Below, in pieces: positions 44,352 to 56,171 of a stretch of DNA of 64,000 nt. The notes beneath the pieces were generated by a model. That model did no database searches. It was not told the origin of the DNA and worked only from the letters and a program-made list of their open reading frames with translations. The translations under genes were made by a program, and so were the position numbers. Location of the stretch: positions 1-64,000 of the forward strand of contig QPMI01000628.1 in assembly GCA_004431415.1 (NCBI GenBank). Reading direction: 5' to 3'. Positions within the stretch are counted from its first letter, which is position 1; each line of letters starts with the position of its first letter. Source of the DNA: Cyanophora paradoxa CCMP329 (Eukaryota > Plantae > Glaucophyta).

Positions 44352-47345
44352 CACTAGTAAAAAGGGCTCCGAACTGATCGAATTGCGACCTAATTGCGAC
44401 CTAATATAATCGATCGCAGTTCAGTCGGCCCGGCGATCTAATACGGATCTAATTGCAATTAGGTCGGAGTTAGGTCGGAGCTTGCGCCGCCTATAGCTTA
44501 TATCTTAGCCCTAGGCGTCCCTTATAACTAATTACAGCTATAGCTCGCTATAGCGCTATAGCGCTAGCCTTAGGCGAGCGCTAGCCCGCCCGGCCGGCGC
44601 CCCGGCCCCCCCGCCCCGCCCCGAGCTATATATCTAAAGCTCATGCTCATCATATATATAGACATCTATATGATCCATATGAGAAGCACTGTTCTATATC
44701 TAAACATGCAGCGGCGAGTGGGCAGAGGGTTCTCCAGGAAATATTCCGGGCCCGCGCTCCTCGCAGGCCGCGGCGTTGGACGCCGCGCTCGGCGTGGGGA
44801 TGGGCCGTGCCAATGCGCGCACGGGGAGCCGCGCGGAGCTGCCCGCGGCCGCCGCCGGGCCGAGACACCCGTCCTAGGAGATAATGTCAGAATAAGGTCA
44901 GACGATGGGTGTTTGGATGGGGGCGATCTGAAGGCGCGCAGCAGCGCGTATTGAAGAGTTATTTAAGATCATGTATAAAGCTTAAGAGCGGCGCCGTGGC
45001 CTGGCGAGCGCGCACCAAAAAAGCGCGGCACTCCGCTGCAGCTTCGCGTGGAGAGCTCGCCTGCAAAATCTGAAAAGTGATAAATTGATATAAGATGCAG
45101 ACTAGTGCGAGGGGAAAGAAAACAGCCGCCAGCCGCCAGGGGGGGGGGGGGGGGGTGCGAGGGGGAGGAGCGGCGGAGGACCCGCTCCGGATCCCGGCAA
45201 CGCCCCCAGGAAGTGTTCTCTTAAAAGTGAGCTGCCGGCCCGGCGGACCCGAGAGTAGGATCATTTAACTCGTATTGAAGTGTTTTATAAGCCTACGCGG
45301 TCGGCCGAAAGTCGGGTCTCCCTCCCCTAAGGACCCCGCGGACCTGGGCGAGCTCGGCGACGTCGAGGTCGCGTAGCCGAGGAAGCCGCCGGCGAGCGGG
45401 GGAGGAGCGGCGGAGGACCCGCTCCCGTGCGGCCGTTTCACGAGCATCTGAGGCGAGGATCACGGCAATGCGCAGCGATTGGGGCGGGGGCGCACGGGTG
45501 CGGCCGCGCGGCCATATGCATGATCATGAAACGTTAACTGCGGCGGGGGTCGGCGCTCGGGCGCGGCGCGGCAACGGGCGGGCTCGCCTGCAACGGGATC
45601 GACCGGAGAGCGGTTGTAGAGCGTTCAGCGTGCGCGCTGCAGCCAGGCGCTCTCGAGGCTGCAAGGAATCCGCACGACACCGGCAGGCCTGCACGGAATC
45701 GCATCGGATCAGGCTGAGAGCATGCAACTGGCATTCTTACATCGACGAAAGATCCCTGTGATGTAAAGCGGGGAGCTGCGCCGAGCCTGGGCCCGGATGA
45801 GCAAGTTCTCCCGAGGTCGGCGCAGCTGGAGAACGCAACGGGAGCTCTCGGGGACCGATCCAGCGCACCAAGCATCCCACGTAGCTCTCGGTGCGCTTCT
45901 GGGCGCGAGCGGCCTGCCGCGATGCCGCACTTATCTGGGCGACGTCGCCTACGGCGGCTGCGGCGACGGCGGCGCTCTCCACTTGTCATAGCTAGTGTCT
46001 TCAGTGCATAGCTGCGCTCGCCGCTTGTCTTGCATACCTCTAGCTAAGAGCAAGGTCGGAGGTCTTCGAACTTGGGTACCGATTTTGAACGGGGTACACA
46101 AGTCGCAAATATCGGAGTCCTCGCTGCCCGCTGCTGCGCCTTGCGGCGCCCGCGGGCGAGCGGAGCATGCAGCAGCGGCCTCTCTAGTGCTGTGTGCATC
46201 TCGTACGTGCGCAGGTCGGCAGCGAGAGCGGGCCGCGGGCGGACTTCGTCGAATCAGGTCCGTGGCCCGCCTCCCGCGAGCTGCCGACTTCTCGGCACAC
46301 TCGTTGCTGATCAGGAAGCTCTAGGAAGCGGGCAGCTTCCACCCGGAGCCCCGAACGGCATTGTCCGCAGCCCGCCAGGTCCAATCCGCGGAACGCGGCT
46401 AAACTCGTGCTCTCGGACGCGCTGCGGTCGCTCTGTGGGCTATTCGTGCTAATCTCCTCACGCAGGAGTGCTTGACGGGCCAGTGCTCTCGCTACCATGG
46501 TCTCTGACTCGCGGCCCCAGATCTTTGCCTGCCTCGAGGCGTGCAGCCCCGTGCGACTTCGCCTCGCGATTCTCGATGAAGGTACGCTCTCCTCCCGGCC
46601 GGCCGCTCGCCGGCGCCGGATCCCCGCCGGGGCCCGCTCGCCCTCTCTGACTCGCGGCCCCAGATCTTTGCCTGCCTCGAGGCGTGCAGCTCCGCGCGAC
46701 TTGGCCTCGCGATTCTCGATGAAGGTACGCTCTCCTCCCGGCCGGCCGCTCGCCGGCGCCGGATCCCCGCCGGGGCCCGCTCGCCCTCTCTGACTCGCGG
46801 CCCCAGATCTTCGCCTGCCTCGAGGCGTGCAGCCCCGCGCCACTTCGCCTCGCGATCCTCGATGAAGGTACGCTCTCCTCCCGGCCGGCCGCTCGCCGGC
46901 GCCGGATCCCCGCCGAGGCCCGCGACGCCCTTGCTGACTCGCGGCCCCATGATCTCGTTCGATATGAATGCGCATTGGCCGCAGCCGCCATATCTTTCTC
47001 CGTTAAGCTTTATATCTCCACCCCTTAGCTAGCTAGCTAGCTAGCCACCTAGATGGCTGTATAATGCGAGTAATCTGATTGCTACATGTATAACGGCAGC
47101 GCAAGGGTGGAACGGCGGGGGGCGGGGGCGGGCCGGGGCGGCGGGGGAGCGCGGGGCAGCCCCCGGCCGCGGGCAGCGGCGATCAAATTGCGATCTAACT
47201 GAGACCTATCTGAATTAGATCGCAGTTCGATCGCAATTCAGTCCATGTCCCCATTTTATGGTCGGAATTAGATCGGTGGCCGATCAAATATATTAGGTCT
47301 CAGTTCAGTCGTAATTAGATCAGTTCGGACCCCTTTTTACTAGTG
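44352..47345. mobile_element. Non-autonomous CACTA (En/Spm) DNA transposon, 2994 bp
   Basis: TIR CACTAGTAAAAAGGG(C/G)TCCGAACTGATC(G/T)AATT(G/A)CGAC at both ends; 3-bp TSD CGA (44349-44351, 47346-47348); subterminal repeats; single CGA at the paralogous empty site near 9155; no transposase motifs recognised. Confidence 0.95.
46503..46950 (+). repeat. 143-bp tandem repeat x3 inside the CACTA element
   Basis: Units begin cag|atct at 46521, 46664 and 46807. Confidence 0.93.
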
Positions 47346-47696
47346 CGACAGCCGCGGGGACGTCGACGGGGCTCGGCGCGTTCGGCACCTACAACCGAGC
47401 CGTCAGCGCTCATGCTGCACAGGCGCGCAGCGCGCGTGTGCGCACGGGCCGCCATGGGGACGTGTGGGGGCGCCATCGGGCGGGGCGGAGGCGGGGCGGG
47501 TCGGCGACTGCGGATCGCTGTAGAGGCTCATCGTTTTCATCGTCGGGGGCGCTGCACAGGCTTCAGATGCGCCGAGGCAGAGCGAGTCTGAGACGACGGG
47601 TACGGTGCGCTGCGCTCGCGGGGTACACTTGCGAAGTCGCCAAGCACAGACTTTGCTCAGTTCGGCTCCGCGCAGTTCGGCGCTTGCATAATCGCC

Positions 47697-50600
47697 ATGG
47701 ATTCGTCGCAGGTACTCGCCGTGGCCGTCGCTCTCACCGCCTGCGGCGCGGCGGCCGTCGTCGCGGCGTGGCAGGTTCGCGCCCACCCGCGTGCCGGCTT
47801 CCGGTGCAGGGTGCATCTAAGCGGACGCCGGCGCCGCGCCACGACGCGCCGGCGCTCTAGAGCTCCGACGATGCCACAAGACACTGACCGAGCGCGCCGC
47901 TGGCGCTTCGCAGAGGCACCTCGCCAAGTCAGTGATCCGAGACGTGGAAGGAAAGGAGATGCCCGGGCCCAAGACTGTGCCGCTCCTTGGCAATTTGCCG
48001 GAGTGCGCTCCACCTAGCCTGCATTCGAATTCGCGGCGCCGCCGGCAGTGCCGAGTGGCGTACGTACGCACGCGCAGGATGGTGTTGGGCGGCGGCCACG
48101 TCGCTCAGATCGCCCACGCCTGGCGCGAAGAGTACGGCCCCATCGTTCAGGTCAGCGCGGGCGATCCCTCCGCGTCTCCTCTCCGCTCACCTTTCCCCAG
48201 TGTTACTTCGCCGGGACGCCCATCGTCTGGATCATGGACGCGAAGCTCGCCCACCGCATGCTCCTCCTGCCTGACCGCATCGCGCGCCCCGGATCAAATT
48301 GCATTGTGCAGATTTTAGCCCGCCTTCTGACCGCGGGCTTTCCGCCTCGCGTTCGCGCGCGCGCAGCCGTCCCCGATCGTGCAGTTCTGCTCCTGGGGCG
48401 GCCGGGGTACGCCCCTTCGTCCGGCGGCGAGCGCGAGATTCAGAGCCCCTCACCCCTCACTCGGCTCGGCAGGCCTGCTGGGTTCGAACGGGCCCTTCCA
48501 CCGCGCGCACCGACGAACGGTCGTCCAGGCGATGAACGATCGCATGTTCCGCAAGGTGGTGCGAGCCGCCCGCGCTCGCCCCGTACCCCAGCCCCCTCGG
48601 CTGTCTTTCAGCTCCAGCTATCCGCCCTCTAGTCCCGGCCCAAGGAGACAGACATTCTCGTCTCAGTTCGCTCAGTTCGACATTCCCGTCTGACTCGGCG
48701 GCGGCTCAGTTCGCTGCGACGACGGAGCGCATGGCGCGGGATGTCTTCCCCGTCTTCGACGTGCGTACCCCCCCCCCGCATCGCCTGCAGCTGTACCCCT
48801 TTTAAGCGTTCCGAATAGCAGCAGCCGGTCCGCGTCCCGTTCCCTAGTCCTCTCCCCCTCCCCCCTGACGCCTTCCGTTCCTCCCCGCTAACGCGGGTCG
48901 CCGGTACCCCCCCCCCCGGGGGGCTCCTACATCACCCCAGAGGGCGTGCGAGGAGGGCGGGTGGCTGGACCCGCGGGCCCCGTTCACATCCCTCACGGGC
49001 GGCGTCCTCATGAAGGCGTGCTCGCGTACCTCTCCCGCGTATCCCGCCCCGCCCCCCCCCCCCCCCCCCCCCCCCGGCCCCCCGAGTTAAACCGATAAAC
49101 AAAGGGCCCTGTGGGCATTGATCGCCCCGCAGACGTGCTTCTCCGTCGACGTCTCCGGTACCCCGCCCCCATCCTCCCCCCTCCCTTCCCCCCGGTTTAA
49201 CGCGTACCCGGCAGCGTCGGCGGTGCTGCCGGGGGGCCTCACGTGGGAGCGCTTCGCGGAGGACTTCGCCATCTACACTAAGGTACCCCCAGAAATGGGG
49301 GGGAAGGGGAGGGGCTGGGGGCTCGACGGGATTCCCCCCCGCTCCCCCCCCTCTCTTACCCCCTGGACCTTCGTTGGGCTCACTTGGTCGTCGCGCAGCT
49401 CTACGCGGACTATTTCCGGGCACGCGACTCCCGGCTCCGCCCCGAGGCCCCGCTCGGGGCCGTACCCCTGACCGGGCCGGGCTACAGACGCCGGCCTTCT
49501 GGCGCTTCGTCAAGACACCTGCGGTCCGGATCCCGGCCCTGGCTCGCAGTTCCCGTGGTCTAATGCTTGTACCCCCCGCAGTTCCGTCGCCTCGAGGCTG
49601 CGATGGAATCCCTGCAGGTGCGCCCCCGCCGCAAGTGAGAGCCCGCTCGAGCGCCATGGGACTGCGGCTCCAAGCCGGAGCTAGGCCTACGCGGCTCGAG
49701 CCCAAGCTCTCTCCGACCGACCGAGCCGCGTGCTAAGCTCACGCGGCTGCGGTCGAAGCATCGCCTCGCCCGCTCCGATGCCCTCTCACAGTCTCGCTCC
49801 GACGCCCTCTAGTGCTCGCCAAGTGCTTCCAAGGTCCAAGGCTTCTAGTGCCCGCTAGTGCCTACGCTTGAGCTTCTTCGTCACTTAAGCTTCCGTTTCA
49901 AGCATCGCCTCGGCTCGCGCAGGCGTGCGAGCTGGCGATCCTGCGGGAGCGCGAGGCGGCGCGGGCGGCGGCCGCGGTGGAAGGGGGCCGCGAGGGCGAG
50001 GGCGACCTCATCGACTCCATCCTCGAGTCGCGGGTGGGTACAGGCCTCTTCAGCGCAGCGCCCCGTACCCCGCCTCGAGCTCCGGGCCCCGCCCTCCGGG
50101 TTGGACCCGCTAAGGGCCGGCCGGGGCCGGGGCCGGGCTGGGCTTGGCCTGGCTGCGCTGGGCTGGGGCGGGATCGACAAGGGGGCGCCTTGAGCTCTGT
50201 CCCGGGATCCCCGCCCCGCCCCGCCCCGCTTTGCCTCGCTCTTCTTGAGTCCCAGCTCCAACCCCTCCTCAACTTGTCTATAGCCCCTACCCCCGCCAAC
50301 CGCCCGCCCCCGTGCCGGCCCTTGACTCGTATCGAACCAGCAACGAATTTCGTACCCCGCCTCTCCTCCGGGTTCCGCCCTCCCCGGCCGGTCTTTAGCC
50401 CCGTTCCCCGCCCTGCGCCCGCTAGCAACGAAGTCCCATCGTGTACCCCCCGGACCCCGCCCGCCCCCTACCCCCCGCGCCCACGCCCGCCCGCCCCGCC
50501 CCGCCCCGCAGGACAAGACCGGCGCGTCCATGGAGGACGTCCGCGTCGACATCCACGGTACCCCCCCTCATCCCCCCCCAGGAAACACTTTTTTCCACCG

Positions 50601-53349
50601 TCGGGGGGGGGGGTAGACCTGCTTCTTGCGGGGCACGACACGACGCAGACGACGCTCTGCTTCGCGCTCGCCGCCCTCGCCCGCTGCCCCGAGGTCAGCG
50701 CCCTCCCCTCCCCCCCTCCCCCCCCCTTCTCGCGCACCAACCCCCTCTATCTACCCCCTACTCCTTTCCCTTCGCCCTCGCCCCCCATCCTCTCCGCAGC
50801 CTATAGGCTCCTCGCCTAGACCTGCCTCGCCCGCTGCCCCGAGCGTCGCGCAAGTTTATAGGGGTCAAATCCGCTCCGGGTACATAGCGCTGGTCCTACG
50901 GAACTAGCTATCGACAGCGCTGCCATCCGGAGGAGCATACGAGATATATAGGGCGGGGCCGGGGGGGGGGGGGGGGGGGGGGGACAGCCGTCGCTTCAGG
51001 AACCGGATCGCGCCTATAATCGCGTACCCGTCGCCTGCCTCCGTCGCCGTCCTCCTTCCCTTCCCTCGATAGAACGTGAATCGTAAATTCGATCTGGCAG
51101 GTCGAGAGGGAGCTGCGAAACGACATGGACCGGGCCCTCGGCGGGCGTACCCCCACCTACGACGACATCCGCGGTCCGCCGCCGCGGTCTTAATTTAGAT
51201 CTGCCGGCCTGCCAGGGAAGCCTTGGAGCCGGCGTTTCGAACCAGATCCCGCAGCGCTGGGGCCGTTGGAGGCCTGCATGAAGGAGGTCCTGCGCCTGTA
51301 CCCCGCCGCCGGCACCGGGTGCGCCCGCGCCCGTACCCCGCCCCGCCCCTCTCACCCCCGCACTCTCCCCCCCCGTGCACACACACGGCCGTACCCCGCC
51401 CCGCCCCGCCCCGCCCCCACCCCCCAGAAGCCGATACCGACGCCACCGCCCCCCCGCAGAATCGTGCGGATGGCCCCGCCGGGGGGGATCGAGCTCGGGG
51501 GGTACAGGATCCCGGAGGGGAGGTGGATGGCGGCGTCCCCCTGGCAGGTGCCCGACCCCGCGCCCAGAGAGAGAGAGATGGATAGACAGACGGGAGCTCG
51601 CTCCTTGGCCGTAAAACCCTCACCGAGTTCAATCTTAGTCCTGAATCAAAGATCCTCGTCGAGTTCCAATCTGAAGAACCTTATGAGCACGCCTTCATGT
51701 CTACTAGGCTAAGCCTTGAAGCTTGGGAAGAAGAAAGTAACTTTCGTAATCGAGCGTGAAAGATTCGCATCTGCTGGCCGCAGCTGCACCGCGACCCGCG
51801 GGTCTTCCCCGAGCCGGGGCGCTTCGCCCCGGCCTAAGACTAAGCTTAGACCTAATCTTTCTTCTTAAGATCTAGAACATTGCGCATGCGAAGAACAACC
51901 TAACAATCGTAATCAAGCTTAAGAAATCACACCCGCGGCTTATATATATATGTCGCGCGCGCCCCCCGCAGCTGCACCGGGACCCGCGGGTCTTCCCCGA
52001 GCCGGAGCGCTTCCTCCCGCGCCGCTTCGCCGGGCGCGACGAGGCCCGTGACCGCGCGTGGATCGCCTTCGGGTGCGCCTTTGGCTCGGCTTTGAGCCAA
52101 ACCAAAATAAATTGAGTTCTCTTACATGAGCTATGAAGCCTTAAGCTTAGAACTGAGCCTTATAATACGATTAGAGCCTCACGCTGGGCCTTACAACACG
52201 ATTAGAGTCTATATCTCTGTACTGTGTTTGCGCTGTGAGACGCGCGCGCGCAGCGGGGGCCCGCGGATGTGCGCGGGGGCGCGCTTCGCGCAGGTCGAGT
52301 TCGTCGCCGCCCTCGCCTGCCTCCTCCAGGTGCCAGAGGGCTATTAATAGCATGCAGCAGCGCCTGTCTCCCCTAGGCTATAGCTAGAAACTGCCTCTAG
52401 CGGACTCTAGATCACCACCTCCGCTAGAGGCGCCTGCCTCCTCCAGGTGCCAGAGGGCCAGACCCCCGATAGCTAGGCGAGATCTAGACCAGATCTACAC
52501 AGACTAGAAATTCCCTTTAGTGGATATATAGAGACTCCCTCTGGCGGACTCTAATCAGCAACTTCGCTAGACCAGATCTAGATCTAGACAGACTTGAGAT
52601 TTCTCATAGCTCCCCCCCCATAGCTCTAGATTTGGGCGCCAGACGTGCCCAGAGATCCCACGTGCACCTTATAATTACAGCTGGATAGAGAATATTAAAA
52701 GTATTCAGCAGCGCCTGCCTCCTCCGATCCAGGTGCGCATGCCAGAGACCAGCCTGGCAGAGACCAGCCTCCGGTAGAGGCGCTTCCTTGGCTGGGTAGC
52801 TTGCTTGCTCCGCGGCTCACCGAGCGGGCGGCCCCCCGCCCGGCGGGCGCGCGCAGCGGTACGAGGTGGAGGCGGCGCCGGAGGGGGCGCCCTGGCCCTA
52901 CCCCTCCTTCGGCATGACCCTCGCGCCCCAGGTGCGAACGAAGGAATCCAAGGCTGACGGAATCTTTGAGCAAGAGGGGCCCGGGTATAGGAATCTAGAG
53001 CGCGGAATTCTAGAGATCTCCCCCACTTCGCCTGCGCCTCCAGCTCCGCTTTCGTCGGGCGCCGCTGTCAATCTACTCTCATTACAAGAAAAGTCTTATG
53101 TAAGCGAAGGAACTTAAACACAGGAATCTATGGCTAGAGTTATAAATACATAGATGTTCTCAATTTAGTCTTCGAAGTCGTTTTTAGTCTAGACCTTCGA
53201 CTTCCCTCCGAGTCCCTCTGACCGGTACCGCGATCCTCGCGCTTCAGGCCGACTGCGCCGTGCGCCTCCGCCGCCGCGCGGCCGCGGCCGCGGCCGGGGG
53301 TGCGGCCGCGGGCGCCCCCGCGGCCCCGGAGCCGGAGCCCGAGGCGTAG
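47697..53349 (+). CDS. Cytochrome P450, multi-exon, apparently complete
   Basis: N-terminal anchor, MPGPKTVPLLGNL, I-helix AGHDTT, K-helix KEVLRLYP (ExxR), HRDPRVFPEPERF, heme motif FG|GGPRMCAG; last exon ..PEPEPEA* at 53349. Confidence 0.92.
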
Positions 53350-54319
53350 GCCCTCCTTGGCCCTTGCAGGGTTTCCGCCCGAGTTCCACGTGAGCACATG
53401 TGCTCCAGTGCCCAGCACTCGAGTATAAGTGCTCCAATTTTTGTTTTTGCAATGCCCAGCTGATCATGAGATCGATATCGATGTGCCAGCTGCATGCAAA
53501 GAGGGGCTGACCATGATCATGAGAGAGCTTGGGTCCCGGAGGGGCCACGGATGCTTATAATTAATTATAAATATAGGTCGAGTTTAGGCCAAGCTAAATC
53601 CATCGGTGCGGCTCTAGCGCGAAATCCACCGCCCATTGAGCACTTCACGGAAACTCTACGACGCAGGGGAAGTACTCGATAGGTTGAGGTTAGTTGAGGA
53701 CGCATTATTATTGAGCACATTATAATTAGTTGAAGGACTCGATAGGCCTCGCTATAGGGGCACGCAGACATCGATCGAGCAAAGCCGATTGCAATGCACT
53801 GTACATGTGGCTCGGTGGACCCGCCACGTGCAGTGCTGCGCTAGGGGCTCCGGGCGCCGTTCTCGCGGCCGCCGCCCGCCTCCTCCTCGTCGCTGAGGGG
53901 GGCGCCGCTGCTGAACTTGACCCGGAGCGGGGAGCCGCGGGCGGTGCGGAGGAGCCCGCCGATCCGCGGCGACTCGACGGCGGCGGCCGCCGCCGGGCTC
54001 GAGCCCGAGCGCGCGAGCCGCAGCGCCGCCTCTGATCCAGGCCATCCTCCCTGGTGGTCACGTGCCCCCAGGCCGCCTCGTGCCCGGGCTTGACCCCCCG
54101 CACCCCCCGAGCCGCCAACAGTTAATCGATCTAGACACCCCCTTCTTAAAAAAGTAGGGCCCCGGCCCGGCGGTGGGGGCAAAGTGCCGACGGGTAGCGA
54201 GAGGGGCGCTGTCATTTTGAAACAGAAACGTCGCGCGCCGACGGGGGCCTGAGCTCGAGGTTCGCCCTCATTGCGGGGGACCTAGGGGGCGCGTGAAGCG
54301 GGGTACCGGCACCCATCCC

Positions 54320-55609
54320 CTCAGCAGTCCGTGAGGCCCTCACCGTCGGTCATCTGCGGGGGGTACGCGGGGCGTTAGGGGCCCCCGGGGGCGCCGGAAG
54401 GCGAGGGGGTCACTTCTCAGGTCAGCCACCGCCTATGCTTCGAGTCCTGCTTAGAATTAGCCCGCCGCGCTTGGCGGGAGCGAGCCCAGCCTAAGGAAGG
54501 TCCAAGCCCCGCGCCCCGCGCCGTTCTCGATACTCACCGGAGTGAAGACACCTGTGCAGGGCCGCCCGGCCGGGCACTAATATTAGAGGCAGGGGGGTAC
54601 AAGCTGCGAGGGTGGGGAGGGGTGCGAACCCGATGGCTTCTCGACGCTGTACTTGCCTGCTCGGGGGAGGGGTACGTGAGCGGTTGGATAAGTGGAGGGG
54701 TACTGAGGACGCTGCAAACGTGCCTGTGCCATAGCCTGCAGGCCGGTCAGACGCAGTGTGATTCAGAGGGGGGAGGGGGGGAAAGGAGGTACTTACACTC
54801 GTAGCAGTGCGTGGTCTTCTCGCCGTTGCAGGCTGAAGGTGGGGGCACGACGGTCGGCGGGCCGCCAATCGGAGGGGGGGGGGGGGGGGGGGGGGCGAAG
54901 GGGGTAAGGGGGCGCACAGAGGCAAGGCTTTCTGGAAAACGGACGCATGTCTCCAACGCTGAAGTACGGGGTTACGCGGGAACGCCGCAGCAAAAAGCCG
55001 GGGCGCCCGCCCCGCGCACCCCTTACAGACGCCGCAGGTCACGATGCCAGTCCCATTGCACCGCTTGCAGGCGGGGAGCTACGCGGACAAGGACGTAAGC
55101 GCACGCACGCGCGCGAAGCAACATGTTAGAGGCTCGAAATGCGCGCGCACGGTCTCGAGCTCCTCGTCGTCGAAGCCCGGGAGGATGGGGCTCAAGAACT
55201 TCGCGGCGCTGAGGCCCAGGCGGTCCTCGATGGGCGGCAGCAGCGGCCATTCCTCGAGGTCCCCGAACCCCTTGGGCTTCCCGCTCTTCTTGTCCGCGCG
55301 GAACACGACCGGCCCGCCCGCGCCGACCGCCCCGCAGCAGCAGAACTCAACTCTTCGCGCCAGGGCCCGTGCCGACCTGCAGCTGGCGTTCGCATGCTTC
55401 GAGGCGCCGCTAGAGCTGCTGCTCGCCGCCGCGGCGCGGGCGGGCGCCGCCGATGACTCGAACGCGGGAGCCGGTGCTGGATCGGCGCGGTCGAACCACT
55501 GCGGCCTACGCGTCCTGTGCGTGGCTAATCGCTGTGCGGATGCATCTGGAAGCGCGCCGCTGGCGGCCAGGCCGGCCGCGAGGCGGCTGATGTCGAGCGA
55601 GCCGATCAT
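54320..55609 (-). CDS. DnaJ-type zinc-finger (CxxCxGxG) protein, multi-exon
   Basis: Exons CKRCNGTGIVTCGVCKG and ACNGEKTTHCYECK|.G.G; Ala/Ser-rich N-terminus resembles an organellar transit peptide. Ends uncertain. Confidence 0.65.
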
Positions 55610-56171
55610 AGGGCGCTGACCGCGGGCTGCAGCTGCCGAAGCCGAGCGCCCAGCTTAAAGAATCGGTAGGATCGTATGTCTTCGCTCTGGCTGCAAGAAC
55701 GCCTCTACAGCTACCAGGCTAGCTGTGCAAGCCAAGCCGCCGAAGAAGCTGCGGTGGGGGGGGGGGGGGGGTGCCGGATTTCGGCCGCCGGGCCGCTGAA
55801 GCGCGTCGAAGAGAAGGGAGAGACGCCCGCGCGACGAAGGGATCGGAGAGATCTAGAGCCCTCCGAGGCTCGCCGATCGGGGGGTGCCGGATTTCCAAGT
55901 TCGGCCGCTGGACCGGAGCCTCGGAGCGTGTCGAAGCTTGAAGGGAGAGCTCGAGACGTCGACGCCCGCGACGAAGGAATCGGAGAGATCTAGCTAGATC
56001 TAGAGCCCTCTGCAGCGCATACGTCCAGTCCGCTCGCCGCTAGCGCTCCTGGCTCCGCTCATGCTGCGTCCGCCCCCTCGCCCGTGCTGCGAGCAGCCGC
56101 CCCTCCCGCCCTCGCAGCGGATCGCGTCTCTCGTCCTCTCGGCACACAAACACACACACGCGCGCGCCACG

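Larger units (their letters stand above)
43054..51650. repeat. Right arm of inverted duplication, interrupted by two insertions
   Basis: Reverse complement of 3940-10020 once 43199-43624 and 44352-47345 are removed. Confidence 0.93.
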
